The notes beneath the pieces are model-generated. The model was given only the letters and a program-made list of their open reading frames with translations, searched no databases and was not told the DNA's origin. The translations under genes were made by a program, and so were the position numbers. Source: an uncultured Ruminococcus sp. (GTDB taxonomy: Bacteria > Bacillota > Clostridia > Oscillospirales > Acutalibacteraceae). From it: 64,000 nucleotides of DNA. The stretch spans positions 107,043 through 171,042 of the forward strand of contig CADCDE010000002.1 of NCBI GenBank assembly GCA_902800065.1, given 5' to 3'. Shown one piece after another: positions 34,727-44,549 of the stretch; the first letter of the stretch is position 1; the number at the start of each line of letters is the position of its first letter.

Positions 34727-36997
34727 ATGAGAAAAACAGACATCAGCAAATACAAAGATGAAGCTGCACCGTCTATACCGTCACTTATATGGTCAGGTGT
34801 AGGAAGTGTGTTTTCGTTTTTCGGAAGGGTATTTTTTACAGTTCTGCTGGCTGTTTTGGTGACGGGTATAGTTATAGGTCTGTCCATGCTTTTTTATATC
34901 ATGGGCATAGCAAATGAACCGCTTGAAATCAATCTTGACAGGGTGACTCTGAATCAGACAAGTAAAATTTATATTCAGGATTATGACACCAAGGAATGGA
35001 AAGAGGATAAACAGCTCTATTCAACAGAAAACAGAGTCTGGGTAAGCTACAAGGATATCCCGAAAACTATGATAAATGCACAGATCGCTATTGAAGACAA
35101 GAGATTTTGGACACATCCCGGTGTTGACCTCAGAAGAACGGGCGGTGCAATAGTCAGCCTTGCAACAGGAAGTTCACAGTTCGGTGGCTCAACTATAACT
35201 CAGCAGCTTATCAAAAATCTGACTGATGACAACGAAAACAGTATCAACCGTAAATTCAGGGAAATTTTCCGTGCATTGAAGCTAGAAAAGGCTTATTCAA
35301 AGGACGATATAATAGAAACATATCTTAATCTTGTCAACTACGGAAGCGGCTGCAACGGAGTGCAGTCCGCAGCAAATCTGTACTTTAATAAGGATATCCA
35401 GGATTGTGATGTAGTTGAATGTGCGGCTATTGCAGGTATTACACAGAATCCATATGCATTTGATCCGCTGACCTATCCCGAAAATAATAAAAAGCGTAGA
35501 AATACAGTTCTTTGGGAAATGATGGATCAGGGCATGATAACCTATCAGGAATACGTTGATGCAAGAATAGAATCCGAAAATCTGAAATTTGTCGGATATA
35601 TAGTAGATTCAGATGATGAGGATGATGTCGGCTGGGGTTGGTATGATGACAGACTTTTCAGAGATGTAACACAGTCGCTCCAGAAGGAATTCCATATAAC
35701 TGCATCTGAAGCAGAGGATATGATATACAGTCAGGGACTGAGCATATACAGTGCAATAGACACAAGGGCTCAGGAAATAGCTGAAAGACATTTACATGAA
35801 TGGGAAACTCCTACCGATCCTACACTACAGGTGGCTTATGTAATGATGGACTTTGACGGAAGAATAAGAGCTACAGTCGGAGGAAGGCAAGAACATGACG
35901 GCAGACTCCTTTGGGATATATGCAGTCAGTCGGCACTTCAGCCCGGTTCAACTATCAAGCCCTTGTCATCATATACAATAGCACTCAATAAGAAACTGAT
36001 AAATTACAGTTCTCTTGTATCAGACCGTCCTGACTATCAGTGGGATATGGTAGACGGCTATTATGTATCAGGTCCTTCAAACTGGTATAACTCATACTAC
36101 GGTGATATTACCGTCACAAGAGCATTGAATCTTTCGACAAACGCAACGGCAGTTTCACTCATCAATGAAATGGGACTTGACACAAGCTATAAGTTCCTTA
36201 CAGAAAAGCTCCATTTCAAGCACCTTGATCCCGAAAAGGACAGCGAAAACAAAGCAGGTCTTTCAATAGGCGGTTTCTACGGAGGAACGACTATCGAGGA
36301 AATGACGTGCGGATATCAGATATTCTGCAACGGCGGATTTTGTTATGAGCCGTATACTTTCTACTATGTAACAGACCATGAAGGAAATGTCATTCTCGAT
36401 AACCGTGACAGAGGTAAGCCTGACCGTGCAATATCAACAGAAACTTCCACTATAATGAACAGACTTCTTCACGATGTCGTAAACTCAGGCGGTGAAGCAC
36501 TCGGATACAGAGCAAAGATAGACGGCTGGGATATAATCGGCAAGACGGGTACAACAGATTATGCCTATGATAACTGGTTCATGGGAGCATCACCTTATAC
36601 AGTGGCAGGTATCTGGACAGGTCACGATATACATTCAAGTATCGCTATAAACGAACAGAGTAAAGTTCATGTTCTCTGGAAGGACATCATGCAGGAATTC
36701 CTTGAGGACAAGGAACACAAGGAATTTGAGCTTGGCGGAGAGGTCGAACAGCACAACTTCATCAAATCAAGCGGACTTCTTACAAATGCCCGTGCAGGTA
36801 GTCAGGTCGGTACAGGTTATTATACAAGTGACAATATGCCTGGATGGACAAACTATGATCCGTATTATACACCGTCAAACAACAATAATAACAATAATAA
36901 TTATGATGATGACGACGATGATGATGACGACGATGATGATGACGACGATGATGATGACGATGACGACGACGGCGGCGATGATGACGATGATGAATAA
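34727..36997 (+). CDS. Class A penicillin-binding protein (PBP1A: GT51 transglycosylase + transpeptidase) with poly-Asn/poly-Asp tail
   Basis: GT51 motifs IAIEDKRFWTHPGVD, GGSTITQQL and RKFRE. Transpeptidase motifs STIKP, SNW(SxN-like) and KTGTT. Confidence 0.9.
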   Translation: MRKTDISKYKDEAAPSIPSLIWSGVGSVFSFFGRVFFTVLLAVLVTGIVIGLSMLFYIMGIANEPLEINLDRVTLNQTSKIYIQDYDTKEWKEDKQLYSTENRVWVSYKDIPKTMINAQIAIEDKRFWTHPGVDLRRTGGAIVSLATGSSQFGGSTITQQLIKNLTDDNENSINRKFREIFRALKLEKAYSKDDIIETYLNLVNYGSGCNGVQSAANLYFNKDIQDCDVVECAAIAGITQNPYAFDPLTYPENNKKRRNTVLWEMMDQGMITYQEYVDARIESENLKFVGYIVDSDDEDDVGWGWYDDRLFRDVTQSLQKEFHITASEAEDMIYSQGLSIYSAIDTRAQEIAERHLHEWETPTDPTLQVAYVMMDFDGRIRATVGGRQEHDGRLLWDICSQSALQPGSTIKPLSSYTIALNKKLINYSSLVSDRPDYQWDMVDGYYVSGPSNWYNSYYGDITVTRALNLSTNATAVSLINEMGLDTSYKFLTEKLHFKHLDPEKDSENKAGLSIGGFYGGTTIEEMTCGYQIFCNGGFCYEPYTFYYVTDHEGNVILDNRDRGKPDRAISTETSTIMNRLLHDVVNSGGEALGYRAKIDGWDIIGKTGTTDYAYDNWFMGASPYTVAGIWTGHDIHSSIAINEQSKVHVLWKDIMQEFLEDKEHKEFELGGEVEQHNFIKSSGLLTNARAGSQVGTGYYTSDNMPGWTNYDPYYTPSNNNNNNNNYDDDDDDDDDDDDDDDDDDDDDDGGDDDDDE
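36878..36994 (+). repeat. In-frame low-complexity codon repeat: 8 Asn, Tyr, about 22 Asp (gat gat gat gac gac period), GG, 5 Asp, Glu
   Basis: Counted codon by codon from 36878 to the stop at 36995-36997. Confidence 0.95.
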
Positions 36998-37077
36998 AAA
37001 TTCGTTTATTGAAAAAATGATATAAAAAATAATTATGCATTATGAATTATGCATTGAAAAGAGGGAGTTTAAATTTT

Positions 37078-38325
37078 ATGGTACAGGTTGCAGTAATGGG
37101 ACACGGTGTTGTGGGTTCAGGTGTTGTCGAAGTACTTTCACAGCACGTTGAAAGCATAGCCAAAAGGGCAAAGGAAGAAATCAGTATAAAATATATACTT
37201 GATATAAGAGATTTTCCCGACAGTCCTTTTGCAGATAAGTTCACAAAGAATTTTGAAGATATAGTAAATGATGATGAAGTCAAGGTGGTTGCCGAGGTAA
37301 TGGGCGGTGTAAATCCGGCTTATGAGTTTACAAAGAGATGTCTGCTGAAAGGCAAGAGCGTTGTTACTTCAAACAAGGAGCTTGTAGCGACAAAGGGTGC
37401 AGAGCTTATTAAAATAGCCAAGGAAAATAATGCCAATTATCTCTTTGAGGCAAGCGTTGGCGGAGGTATTCCGATAATAAGACCAATAAGTCAGTGTCTT
37501 GCGGCAAATGATGTAATAGAAATAGCAGGTATACTCAACGGTACAACTAATTTTATCCTTACAAAGATGATAAGGGAAAATATGTCCTTTGATGATGCTC
37601 TTAAAATGGCACAGCAGTTGGGCTATGCAGAGAAAGATCCTACAGCTGATGTCGAGGGACATGATGCCTGCAGAAAAATATGTATACTTGCATCATTGAC
37701 TTACGGCAAGCACGTTTATCCTGAATTCGTGCATACGAAAGGTATCACAAAAATTGCTCTTGAGGATGTTGCCTATGCTGCATCATGGGGCGGTGTGATA
37801 AAGCTTATCGGACAGGTAAAAAAGCTCGATGATGACAAACTCGATATAACAGTAGAGCCTATGTTTATAGAAAAAAACAGTCAGCTTGCAAATGTTGATG
37901 ATGTATTCAACGGTATTCTCGTAAGAGGAGATTCAACGGGTGATGTTGTATTCTACGGCAAGGGTGCAGGCAAGCTCCCCACAGCAAGTGCAGTTGTTGC
38001 AGATATAATCGACTGTGTAAAGCACCTCAAGGCAAGAAAATATCTTTATTGGTCAGACAGTACTGATAGTATCGTAAAGCCGTATGAGGAAACATCATAT
38101 CCTGTTTATATAAGACTGGAAAGTGCGATTGACAAGCAGACGTTGACAGAAAAAATCAAAGCACTGTTCGGAGAAGTAAAATTCCTTGCAAAAGCAAATG
38201 CACCCGAAAATGAATATTCATTCGTTACAGGTGAAATGGTCGTTGCAGAACAGCAGAATGCCATTGATGAGCTTGAAAAAAATGGCATCAAAATATTGTC
38301 AGTAATCCGAATTTCGGATCTGTAA
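37078..38325 (+). CDS. hom: Homoserine dehydrogenase
   Basis: VAVMGHGVVGSGV NAD-binding fold, GILNGTTNFILT, GYAEKDPTADVEG, and a C-terminal ACT-like domain. Confidence 0.9.
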   Translation: MVQVAVMGHGVVGSGVVEVLSQHVESIAKRAKEEISIKYILDIRDFPDSPFADKFTKNFEDIVNDDEVKVVAEVMGGVNPAYEFTKRCLLKGKSVVTSNKELVATKGAELIKIAKENNANYLFEASVGGGIPIIRPISQCLAANDVIEIAGILNGTTNFILTKMIRENMSFDDALKMAQQLGYAEKDPTADVEGHDACRKICILASLTYGKHVYPEFVHTKGITKIALEDVAYAASWGGVIKLIGQVKKLDDDKLDITVEPMFIEKNSQLANVDDVFNGILVRGDSTGDVVFYGKGAGKLPTASAVVADIIDCVKHLKARKYLYWSDSTDSIVKPYEETSYPVYIRLESAIDKQTLTEKIKALFGEVKFLAKANAPENEYSFVTGEMVVAEQQNAIDELEKNGIKILSVIRISDL

Positions 38326-38355
38326 TAAAAAATTAAACTTAATGGGGGAGAAAAA

Positions 38356-39564
38356 ATGAGCTTAATTGTACAAAAATTCGGTGGAAGTTCCGTGGCAAAC
38401 GCTGAAAGGGTATTCAATGTTGCGAACATTGTAACGGATACCTACAAAAAAGGCAATAAGGTCGTTGTAGTAGTATCCGCACAGGGCGACACAACTGATG
38501 ACCTTATCGACAAGGCTAACGAAATAAATCCGAATGCTTCAAAGCGTGAAAAGGATATGCTCCTTGCAGCAGGTGAACAGATATCTATCGCACTGCTTGC
38601 AATGGCTATCGAAAAACTCGGCTATCCTGTTGTATCGCTTCTTGGATGGCAGGCAGGTTTCCAGACAACATCCGCATATACTTCAGCAAGAATAAAAAGA
38701 GTTAAGACGGACAGAATCGAAAAGGAACTTGACAAAAATAATATTGTCATAGTCGCAGGCTTTCAGGGTGTAAACCGCTATGAAGACGTTACTACTCTCG
38801 GCAGAGGCGGTTCCGATACAAGTGCCGTGGCTATCGCTGCAGCAATGCACGCCGATCTTTGTCAGATATACACAGACGTAGAGGGCGTTTATACGGCTGA
38901 TCCGAGAAAAGTAAAAAATGCTGAGAAACTCAAATATATTTCTTATGATGAGATGCTCGAGCTTGCAACACTCGGTGCACAGGTACTCAATAACAGAAGC
39001 GTTGAAATGGCAAAAAAATATAATATCGAACTCGAAGTGCTTTCAAGTCTTACGAGAGCACCGGGAACTATTGTCAAGGAGGCAGCAAAAATGGAAAAAA
39101 TGTTGATAAGCGGTGTAGCAAAGGATACTAATGTAGCAAGAATATCAGTAGTAGGTGTACCGGATGTTCCCGGTCTTGCATTCAAGATGTTCTCAAAGCT
39201 TTCTTCAAAAAATATCAATGTCGATATCATCCTTCAGTCCATCGGTCGTGACGGTACAAAGGATATCTCTTTCACAGTAGCAAAGGACAACATGAAGGAA
39301 GCTGTTGAAGCTATGGAGGAATATATATCCGTAGTAGGCGGCAAATCTGTATCCGCTGATGACAAGGTAGCAAAGGTATCTATCGTTGGTGCAGGTATGG
39401 AAAGCCATGCAGGCGTTGCTACAAAAATGTTCGAGGCTCTCTATGATGCACAGATAAATATTCGCATGATTTCAACAAGCGAAATAAAAGTATCTGTTCT
39501 TATTGATGAAAAAGATGCTGACGCTGCAGTAAGTGCTATCCATGCAAAATTCTTTGATAATTGA
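38356..39564 (+). CDS. lysC: Aspartate kinase
   Basis: IVQKFGGSSV, LGRGGSDTSAVA and two C-terminal ACT repeats. Confidence 0.92.
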   Translation: MSLIVQKFGGSSVANAERVFNVANIVTDTYKKGNKVVVVVSAQGDTTDDLIDKANEINPNASKREKDMLLAAGEQISIALLAMAIEKLGYPVVSLLGWQAGFQTTSAYTSARIKRVKTDRIEKELDKNNIVIVAGFQGVNRYEDVTTLGRGGSDTSAVAIAAAMHADLCQIYTDVEGVYTADPRKVKNAEKLKYISYDEMLELATLGAQVLNNRSVEMAKKYNIELEVLSSLTRAPGTIVKEAAKMEKMLISGVAKDTNVARISVVGVPDVPGLAFKMFSKLSSKNINVDIILQSIGRDGTKDISFTVAKDNMKEAVEAMEEYISVVGGKSVSADDKVAKVSIVGAGMESHAGVATKMFEALYDAQINIRMISTSEIKVSVLIDEKDADAAVSAIHAKFFDN

Positions 39565-39576
39565 TGAAAATAATGC

Positions 39577-39605
39577 TTGCATAAGCGTTTGATTTGTGTT
39601 ATAAT
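39577..39605 (+). promoter_or_regulatory. SigmaA-type promoter (extended -10) of rplS
   Basis: TTGCAT, 17 nt spacer, TGtTATAAT. Confidence 0.6.
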
Positions 39606-39742
39606 ATTTAAGTCTTTTGGATACCGTCACTTGTGATGGGGTTCATGTCGGCTAATAAATAATGCCGTATTTTGAAACGGGCAGTCCTCTGCTTTTATAT
39701 ATGAAGCAAGAATGTCTGAATAACAAGGAGGATTTTTTAAAA
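39606..39742 (+). promoter_or_regulatory. Structured 5' leader of rplS (possible L19 autoregulatory leader)
   Basis: Leader of about 135 nt with hairpins ccgtcac/gtgatgg and gccgt/acgggc. An L19 leader is known in low-GC Gram-positives, but I did not verify the motif. Confidence 0.3.
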
Positions 39743-40093
39743 ATGGACGCATTGAAGAAAATTGCAGAAGGCTCTCTTAAATCACAGGAAAATATGCCGA
39801 AATTTGAAGTGGGTGACACTGTAAAAATTGGTGTAAATATCCGTGAGGGCGACAAGGAAAGAGTACAGATGTTCGAGGGAACCGTTATTGCCAAAAAGGG
39901 CAGCGGTGTTGCAGAAACCTTCACAGTACGCCGTGTATCATACGGTGTTGGTGTTGAAAGAGTATTTCCGATACATTCCCCGAATGTAGTATCTGTTCAG
40001 GTAGTCAGAAAAGGCCGTGTTCGCAGAAGCAAGCTCTACTATCTTCGTAACAGAGTTGGTAAGGCTGCCAAGGTCAAGGAACAGATCAGATAA
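39743..40093 (+). CDS. rplS: 50S ribosomal protein L19
   Basis: [48 protein letters not shown]...FTVRR. Confidence 0.97.
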   Translation: MDALKKIAEGSLKSQENMPKFEVGDTVKIGVNIREGDKERVQMFEGTVIAKKGSGVAETFTVRRVSYGVGVERVFPIHSPNVVSVQVVRKGRVRRSKLYYLRNRVGKAAKVKEQIR

Positions 40094-40177
40094 TCATCTT
40101 TGTAAAGAAAGAGGGACAAGACCATGTTTTGTCCCTTTTTTGTTACTATTTTGGGGAAGAAGTGATTTGACAACAAT

Positions 40178-40729
40178 ATGAGCAGAAGATTTAAAGACAA
40201 TAAAGATAAGGCTATTTTATTGAGAAATTCTTTCCAGTGGTTGTATATGGTCATATGGTTATTATTTCTGTTTGTATTTATGTTCGGTGTGATTTTCAGA
40301 GTAGTGTCGTTCAAGGTAACAAGAGAAAGCGGAAGCACTATGAATATCAGCGTAATAGTGTCACAGCTTGACCGCTCGCTTGATGTTGGTGATGAAGTGG
40401 CAGCTTTTTCGGGCAAAAGCAATTTTGTCGGTGAAATAGCGGCTTTTGCGGGTGATGAAATAACTCTTGGAACAGGAAAAAGCAGCTTGGTTGACTGTCT
40501 TGTATATAAAAAACAGGGTTTCTTTTCACTCGATGAACTCGGTGAAGTGATAAAAGATAAGAAAGTGCCCGAAAACTGTGTTCTTGTACTGAGAGACGTT
40601 ATACCCGAATACGGGTATCTTCGTGTCGGTGAGATAATAGAAGACGATCATATAATAGGCAGAGCGGAATGTATAGTTTATCCGTTCAATATGATAGGAA
40701 AATCCGTAAGTGAAATGATTGATATCTGA
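40178..40729 (+). CDS. S26 signal-peptidase-I-like paralogue lacking the Ser/Lys catalytic dyad (pseudopeptidase)
   Basis: N-terminal TM. It aligns by eye with the adjacent LepB: SGSTM versus SGTSM, FVGEIAAFAGDEI versus IIKRVIALGGQRL, VLRDV versus VMGDNR. The RBS is weak. Confidence 0.55.
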   Translation: MSRRFKDNKDKAILLRNSFQWLYMVIWLLFLFVFMFGVIFRVVSFKVTRESGSTMNISVIVSQLDRSLDVGDEVAAFSGKSNFVGEIAAFAGDEITLGTGKSSLVDCLVYKKQGFFSLDELGEVIKDKKVPENCVLVLRDVIPEYGYLRVGEIIEDDHIIGRAECIVYPFNMIGKSVSEMIDI

Positions 40730-40775
40730 TATATCGCCGAAAGTAAGCTTTATGAAATGAAAGGATGTTTTTGAT

Positions 40776-41396
40776 ATGGAAGAAAAAGAGAAAAATAAAG
40801 TTGCCGTGCATAAAGCAGTGATAACTGCCGAAGAAAAAGACAAGAATCTGACAGTTACAGAGCTTTTGTTTGAATGGGCCGGTGCAGTGTTTGTATCAAT
40901 AATTATAGTAATGCTTATACTTACATTTTTTGCAAGGCAGGTTACAGTAAGCGGAACATCTATGACAGATACGCTTCAGAATGGTGACAAGCTCATGGTG
41001 AACAGCTTCATGTATACCCCAAAAAACGGAGATATAGTTGTGATAAGTCATGGAAACCGTTACAGTGAACCGATAATCAAAAGAGTTATAGCCCTGGGCG
41101 GACAGAGACTTGATATAAATTATGATACGGGTGAGGTCACCGTTGACGGCGTTATATTGGAGGAAAATTATATCAAGGGCAAGACCAAACAGCTTTCAAA
41201 TTCAATATCCCTTGAGGCATACAATAATATTATCCCTGAAGGCTATGTCTTTGTCATGGGAGACAACAGAGAGGGTTCTCTCGACAGCAGAAGCAAGGAA
41301 ATCGGATTGATACCTGTAGATAATATAATAGGCAAAGCTGAATGGAGGATAATGCCCTTCGATAAATTCGGAACCGTATATTACAATATGAAATAA
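40776..41396 (+). CDS. lepB: Signal peptidase I
   Basis: VSGTSMTDTL (catalytic Ser), IIKRVIALGG (catalytic Lys), GDNREGSLDSR. Confidence 0.92.
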   Translation: MEEKEKNKVAVHKAVITAEEKDKNLTVTELLFEWAGAVFVSIIIVMLILTFFARQVTVSGTSMTDTLQNGDKLMVNSFMYTPKNGDIVVISHGNRYSEPIIKRVIALGGQRLDINYDTGEVTVDGVILEENYIKGKTKQLSNSISLEAYNNIIPEGYVFVMGDNREGSLDSRSKEIGLIPVDNIIGKAEWRIMPFDKFGTVYYNMK

Positions 41397-41410
41397 AGGA
41401 GTATTTGGAT

Positions 41411-42298
41411 ATGGAGGAATTGAAATCAATACAATGGTATCCCGGTCACATGACAAGGACTAAACGAAAAATAGAATCACAGCTTAAACTTATAGATGCA
41501 GTTGCCATTATACTTGATGCAAGAGTTCCGTATTCAAGCTGTAATCCTGACCTGAGAAGTATAATAAACAACAAGCCGAGAATGGTCGTTCTCAATAAGT
41601 CTGATATGGCAGATTCCAATGAAACCAAAAAATGGATAAAGCTCTTTAAAGAAAAGGGCATACCTGCTGTTTCACTTGACTGCAAGAGCGGTCGAGGACT
41701 GAATATGTTTATACCGACGGTTAAAGAGCTTCTTGCTGACAAGATAAAGTCATGGGAAGAAAAGGGCATGACGGGTAGGACTATAAAAGTAATGGTCGTT
41801 GGGATACCCAATGTCGGAAAGTCATCTTTTATAAACAGAATGGCAAAACAGAACCGTGCAAAGGTCGAGGACAGACCAGGTGTTACAAGGGGAAATCAGT
41901 GGTTCACGATAGGAAAGGGCTTTGATTTGCTCGATACTCCCGGAGTATTGTGGCACAGATTTGATGATAAGCAGGTCGGAGAAAAATTGGCATATATCGG
42001 CTCGATAAAAGACGAGATACTTGATACAGAGCATCTTGCAGGAAGGCTTTTGGAATATCTCAGGGATAATAATACCGAACAGCTTTGTGCAAGATATAAA
42101 CTGATTCCGGAAGATATATCAGGCTTGGAGGGCTATGATATACTTGAGCTTGTCGGAAAAAAAAGAGGTATGCTGATATCCGGCGGGGAGATAAATACAG
42201 AGAGAGCGGCACTGACAGTTCTTGATGAATTCAGGAGTGCAACTCTTGGAAAAATAACTCTTGATAAAACGGAGGACTGTACTGATGTCAAAATCTGA
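41411..42298 (+). CDS. rbgA: Ribosome biogenesis GTPase A (YlqF/RbgA)
   Basis: IQWYPGHM, circularly permuted G motifs (NKSDM then [13 protein letters not shown]). Confidence 0.92.
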   Translation: MEELKSIQWYPGHMTRTKRKIESQLKLIDAVAIILDARVPYSSCNPDLRSIINNKPRMVVLNKSDMADSNETKKWIKLFKEKGIPAVSLDCKSGRGLNMFIPTVKELLADKIKSWEEKGMTGRTIKVMVVGIPNVGKSSFINRMAKQNRAKVEDRPGVTRGNQWFTIGKGFDLLDTPGVLWHRFDDKQVGEKLAYIGSIKDEILDTEHLAGRLLEYLRDNNTEQLCARYKLIPEDISGLEGYDILELVGKKRGMLISGGEINTERAALTVLDEFRSATLGKITLDKTEDCTDVKI

Positions 42299-42932
42299 GA
42301 AAGAAAATATAGATATGCTTGCTTATGAAAAAGGCTATATTTCACAGGGATTCAAAATGATATGCGGAGTTGACGAGGCAGGCAGAGGACCTCTTGCAGG
42401 TCCGGTGTGTGCGGCAGCGGTGATATTTCCCGAAGGACTGATAATAGACGGAGTGAACGATTCAAAAAAACTTTCCGAAAAGAAAAGGGAAAAGCTGTTT
42501 GACAAGATAAAAGAGGAAGCTCTGAGCTACAGCATAGCCTATGCAAGTGTCGAGGAAATAGAAAAATTAAACATACTCAATGCAGCGATGCTTGCAATGA
42601 AAAGGGCAGTCGAAGGACTGGACATAAAACCTGATATGATACTCGTTGACGGAAATAAAGAGCCTGATATTAAGGATATAGACTGCACGGCAATAGTAAA
42701 AGGAGATGCACTTTCACATAGTATAGCAGCAGCTTCTATTCTTGCAAAGGTCAGCCGTGACAGACTTATGAATGAGATGGCTAAAAAATATCCCGAATAC
42801 GGATTCGATAAACATAAAGGCTACGGAACAAAACTGCACCGTGAGAAAATTCTCGAACACGGTATCTGTGAGATACACCGTCCGTCATTCCTGAAAAAGC
42901 TGCTTGGAGAGAATGATGATAAGATACAGTGA
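42285..42932 (+). CDS. rnhB: Ribonuclease HII
   Basis: [19 protein letters not shown] and GDAL...AAASILAK motifs. GGAGG RBS; overlaps the rbgA stop. Confidence 0.92.
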   Translation: MSKSEKENIDMLAYEKGYISQGFKMICGVDEAGRGPLAGPVCAAAVIFPEGLIIDGVNDSKKLSEKKREKLFDKIKEEALSYSIAYASVEEIEKLNILNAAMLAMKRAVEGLDIKPDMILVDGNKEPDIKDIDCTAIVKGDALSHSIAAASILAKVSRDRLMNEMAKKYPEYGFDKHKGYGTKLHREKILEHGICEIHRPSFLKKLLGENDDKIQ

Positions 42933-43275
42933 CTATATCGGAGATATGGGTGAAGAAAAAGCATTGGAATTTCTCATTAAAAAGGGCTATGAATTTGTCG
43001 ATAAAAATTATCATTCAAGATACGGTGAGATAGATATAATAGTCAAAGACAAGGACTATATAGTGTTTGTAGAGGTAAAGACAAGAAAAAAGGGTTCACT
43101 TGCAAGACCTTCTGAATTTGTTGACACCTGTAAGCAGAAGCGTATCTTAAAGACAGCAAAGATATATTTATCCGGAAATCTGACAGATTTACAGCCGAGA
43201 TTTGATGTTATAGAAGTGACTTATAAAGGAAATGAATTTGAGATAGAGCATATTGAAAATGCGTTTGGAGAATAA
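42913..43275 (+). CDS. yraN: YraN-family (UPF0102) endonuclease-like protein
   Basis: [30 protein letters not shown]....VFVEVKTR. The exact start (42904/42913/42916) is uncertain. Confidence 0.75.
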   Translation: MMIRYSDYIGDMGEEKALEFLIKKGYEFVDKNYHSRYGEIDIIVKDKDYIVFVEVKTRKKGSLARPSEFVDTCKQKRILKTAKIYLSGNLTDLQPRFDVIEVTYKGNEFEIEHIENAFGE

Positions 43276-43278
43276 TAA

Positions 43279-43701
43279 ATGGGATTTGAATTGAGAGAAT
43301 ATACAGATTTAAATGAAGATGAAAAGAAAATTCGTCAGAGTGTTTTTGTCGATGAACAGAAATTTGAGCTTGAATTTGATGATACAGACAATAAAGCAAT
43401 GCACTATGTCATGTATGACGGAGAAACTGCAATAGGCTGCTGTCGGGCATATTTTGAGGATGATCCCAGGCACTGGCATATCGGCAGGATAGCCGTCATA
43501 CCAGAAATGCGTGGCATGGGTATAGGCTTCAAAATAGTCTCGGAGGCAGAGTCATACATAAAAAAATACGGTGCGGAAAAGATATCGCTTTCGGCACAGC
43601 TCAGGGCAAAGGGATTTTATGAGAAATTGGGATATAAGGCTGAGGGCGAGATATATTATGATGAGTATTGCGAACATATTTGTATGGTGAAATTATTGTG
43701 A
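43279..43701 (+). CDS. GNAT-family N-acetyltransferase
   Basis: IGRIAVIPEMRGMGIGFKIV acetyl-CoA binding motif. Confidence 0.75.
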   Translation: MGFELREYTDLNEDEKKIRQSVFVDEQKFELEFDDTDNKAMHYVMYDGETAIGCCRAYFEDDPRHWHIGRIAVIPEMRGMGIGFKIVSEAESYIKKYGAEKISLSAQLRAKGFYEKLGYKAEGEIYYDEYCEHICMVKLL

Positions 43702-43708
43702 TATAAGG

Positions 43709-43740
43709 GAATCGGAATTATATATTTCGATTCTTTTTTT
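43709..43740 (+). terminator. Weak terminator after GNAT gene
   Basis: gaatcg / cgattc stem followed by a T7 run. Confidence 0.45.
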
Positions 43741-43754
43741 AAACTGTCAGTTTA

Positions 43755-43783
43755 TTGATGTGATTTGATAATAGGATTATAAT
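43755..43783 (+). promoter_or_regulatory. SigmaA-type promoter of the three-gene T4CP-like operon
   Basis: TTGATG, 17 nt spacer, TATAAT, followed by a GAGGGAGGG RBS before ATG 43812. Confidence 0.6.
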
Positions 43784-43811
43784 AGTATCATGATGAGGGA
43801 GGGAAATATAT

Positions 43812-44543
43812 ATGACGGAAAGAGAAAAGGAATTCCGACAGGCAGCAAGACAGGTCATTCTCATACTCGACAACTTTGAGGCTGACAAGGACAGAGTAGA
43901 CAAGGAAGTCATGGACATATTGAAGAAAAATATGGATATGTCACTCAAATGGACTTATAATAAAAACAAAAGTTTATCCGAACAGTCAGGGATATTATCT
44001 GCAACATACACTCTCCTTAACTTTTTGCTGAGACATTATATTTTTCCAAAAAGGGAGGGAGGAAACAAATTAGAAAGAGATAAACTTGAGAAATTGAAAG
44101 AAATGTTGGATCGCAGCGGAGACAACAAGACCAATGGGATAAAATTTCGTGGAAAAAAGAGAATATACGAAGATCTTTTGAATAAAGAAAATATGAACAG
44201 ATACAGTGAATATTATGAATATTCAGACAGAGACAGGCTGTATAAAAAGATATTTAAAAATACCGAAAGCGAGGAAGATAGTGACAGATATTTATTGATG
44301 CTGAAGCGTAGTAAGTACAAAAGAATGATAAGTGAAAATTCGGATGAGCAGGAGCTGTCCGGTGAATCTCAAGGATTTGAAGATAAATATGGCGGAATAG
44401 ACAAATATCATGAGCTGTTGGACAGAAGAAAATTTTATGAAGATATGATACAGATGCGTAAAAGATATGATGGCGGTGAGTCATTGGATTTTATGGAATG
44501 GCTCAGGGAAAAATACAGGGTTTTTTATGAGAAAGGAAAGTGA
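43812..44543 (+). CDS. Highly charged (K/E/R/D/Y-rich) hypothetical protein, operon gene A
   Basis: Strong RBS. 243 aa with no recognisable motif, no TM and no signal peptide. Confidence 0.6.
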   Translation: MTEREKEFRQAARQVILILDNFEADKDRVDKEVMDILKKNMDMSLKWTYNKNKSLSEQSGILSATYTLLNFLLRHYIFPKREGGNKLERDKLEKLKEMLDRSGDNKTNGIKFRGKKRIYEDLLNKENMNRYSEYYEYSDRDRLYKKIFKNTESEEDSDRYLLMLKRSKYKRMISENSDEQELSGESQGFEDKYGGIDKYHELLDRRKFYEDMIQMRKRYDGGESLDFMEWLREKYRVFYEKGK

Positions 44544-44549
44544 ACAGGT

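Noticed and set aside
36669-37040. A 118-aa Met/Thr-rich ORF (+ strand, other frame) and an 86-aa His/Arg-rich ORF (- strand) overlapping the end of the PBP gene.
   Set aside because: Both are alternative-frame or antisense readings of the gat/gac (poly-Asp) codon repeat. Neither has an RBS. The PBP frame is clearly the real one.
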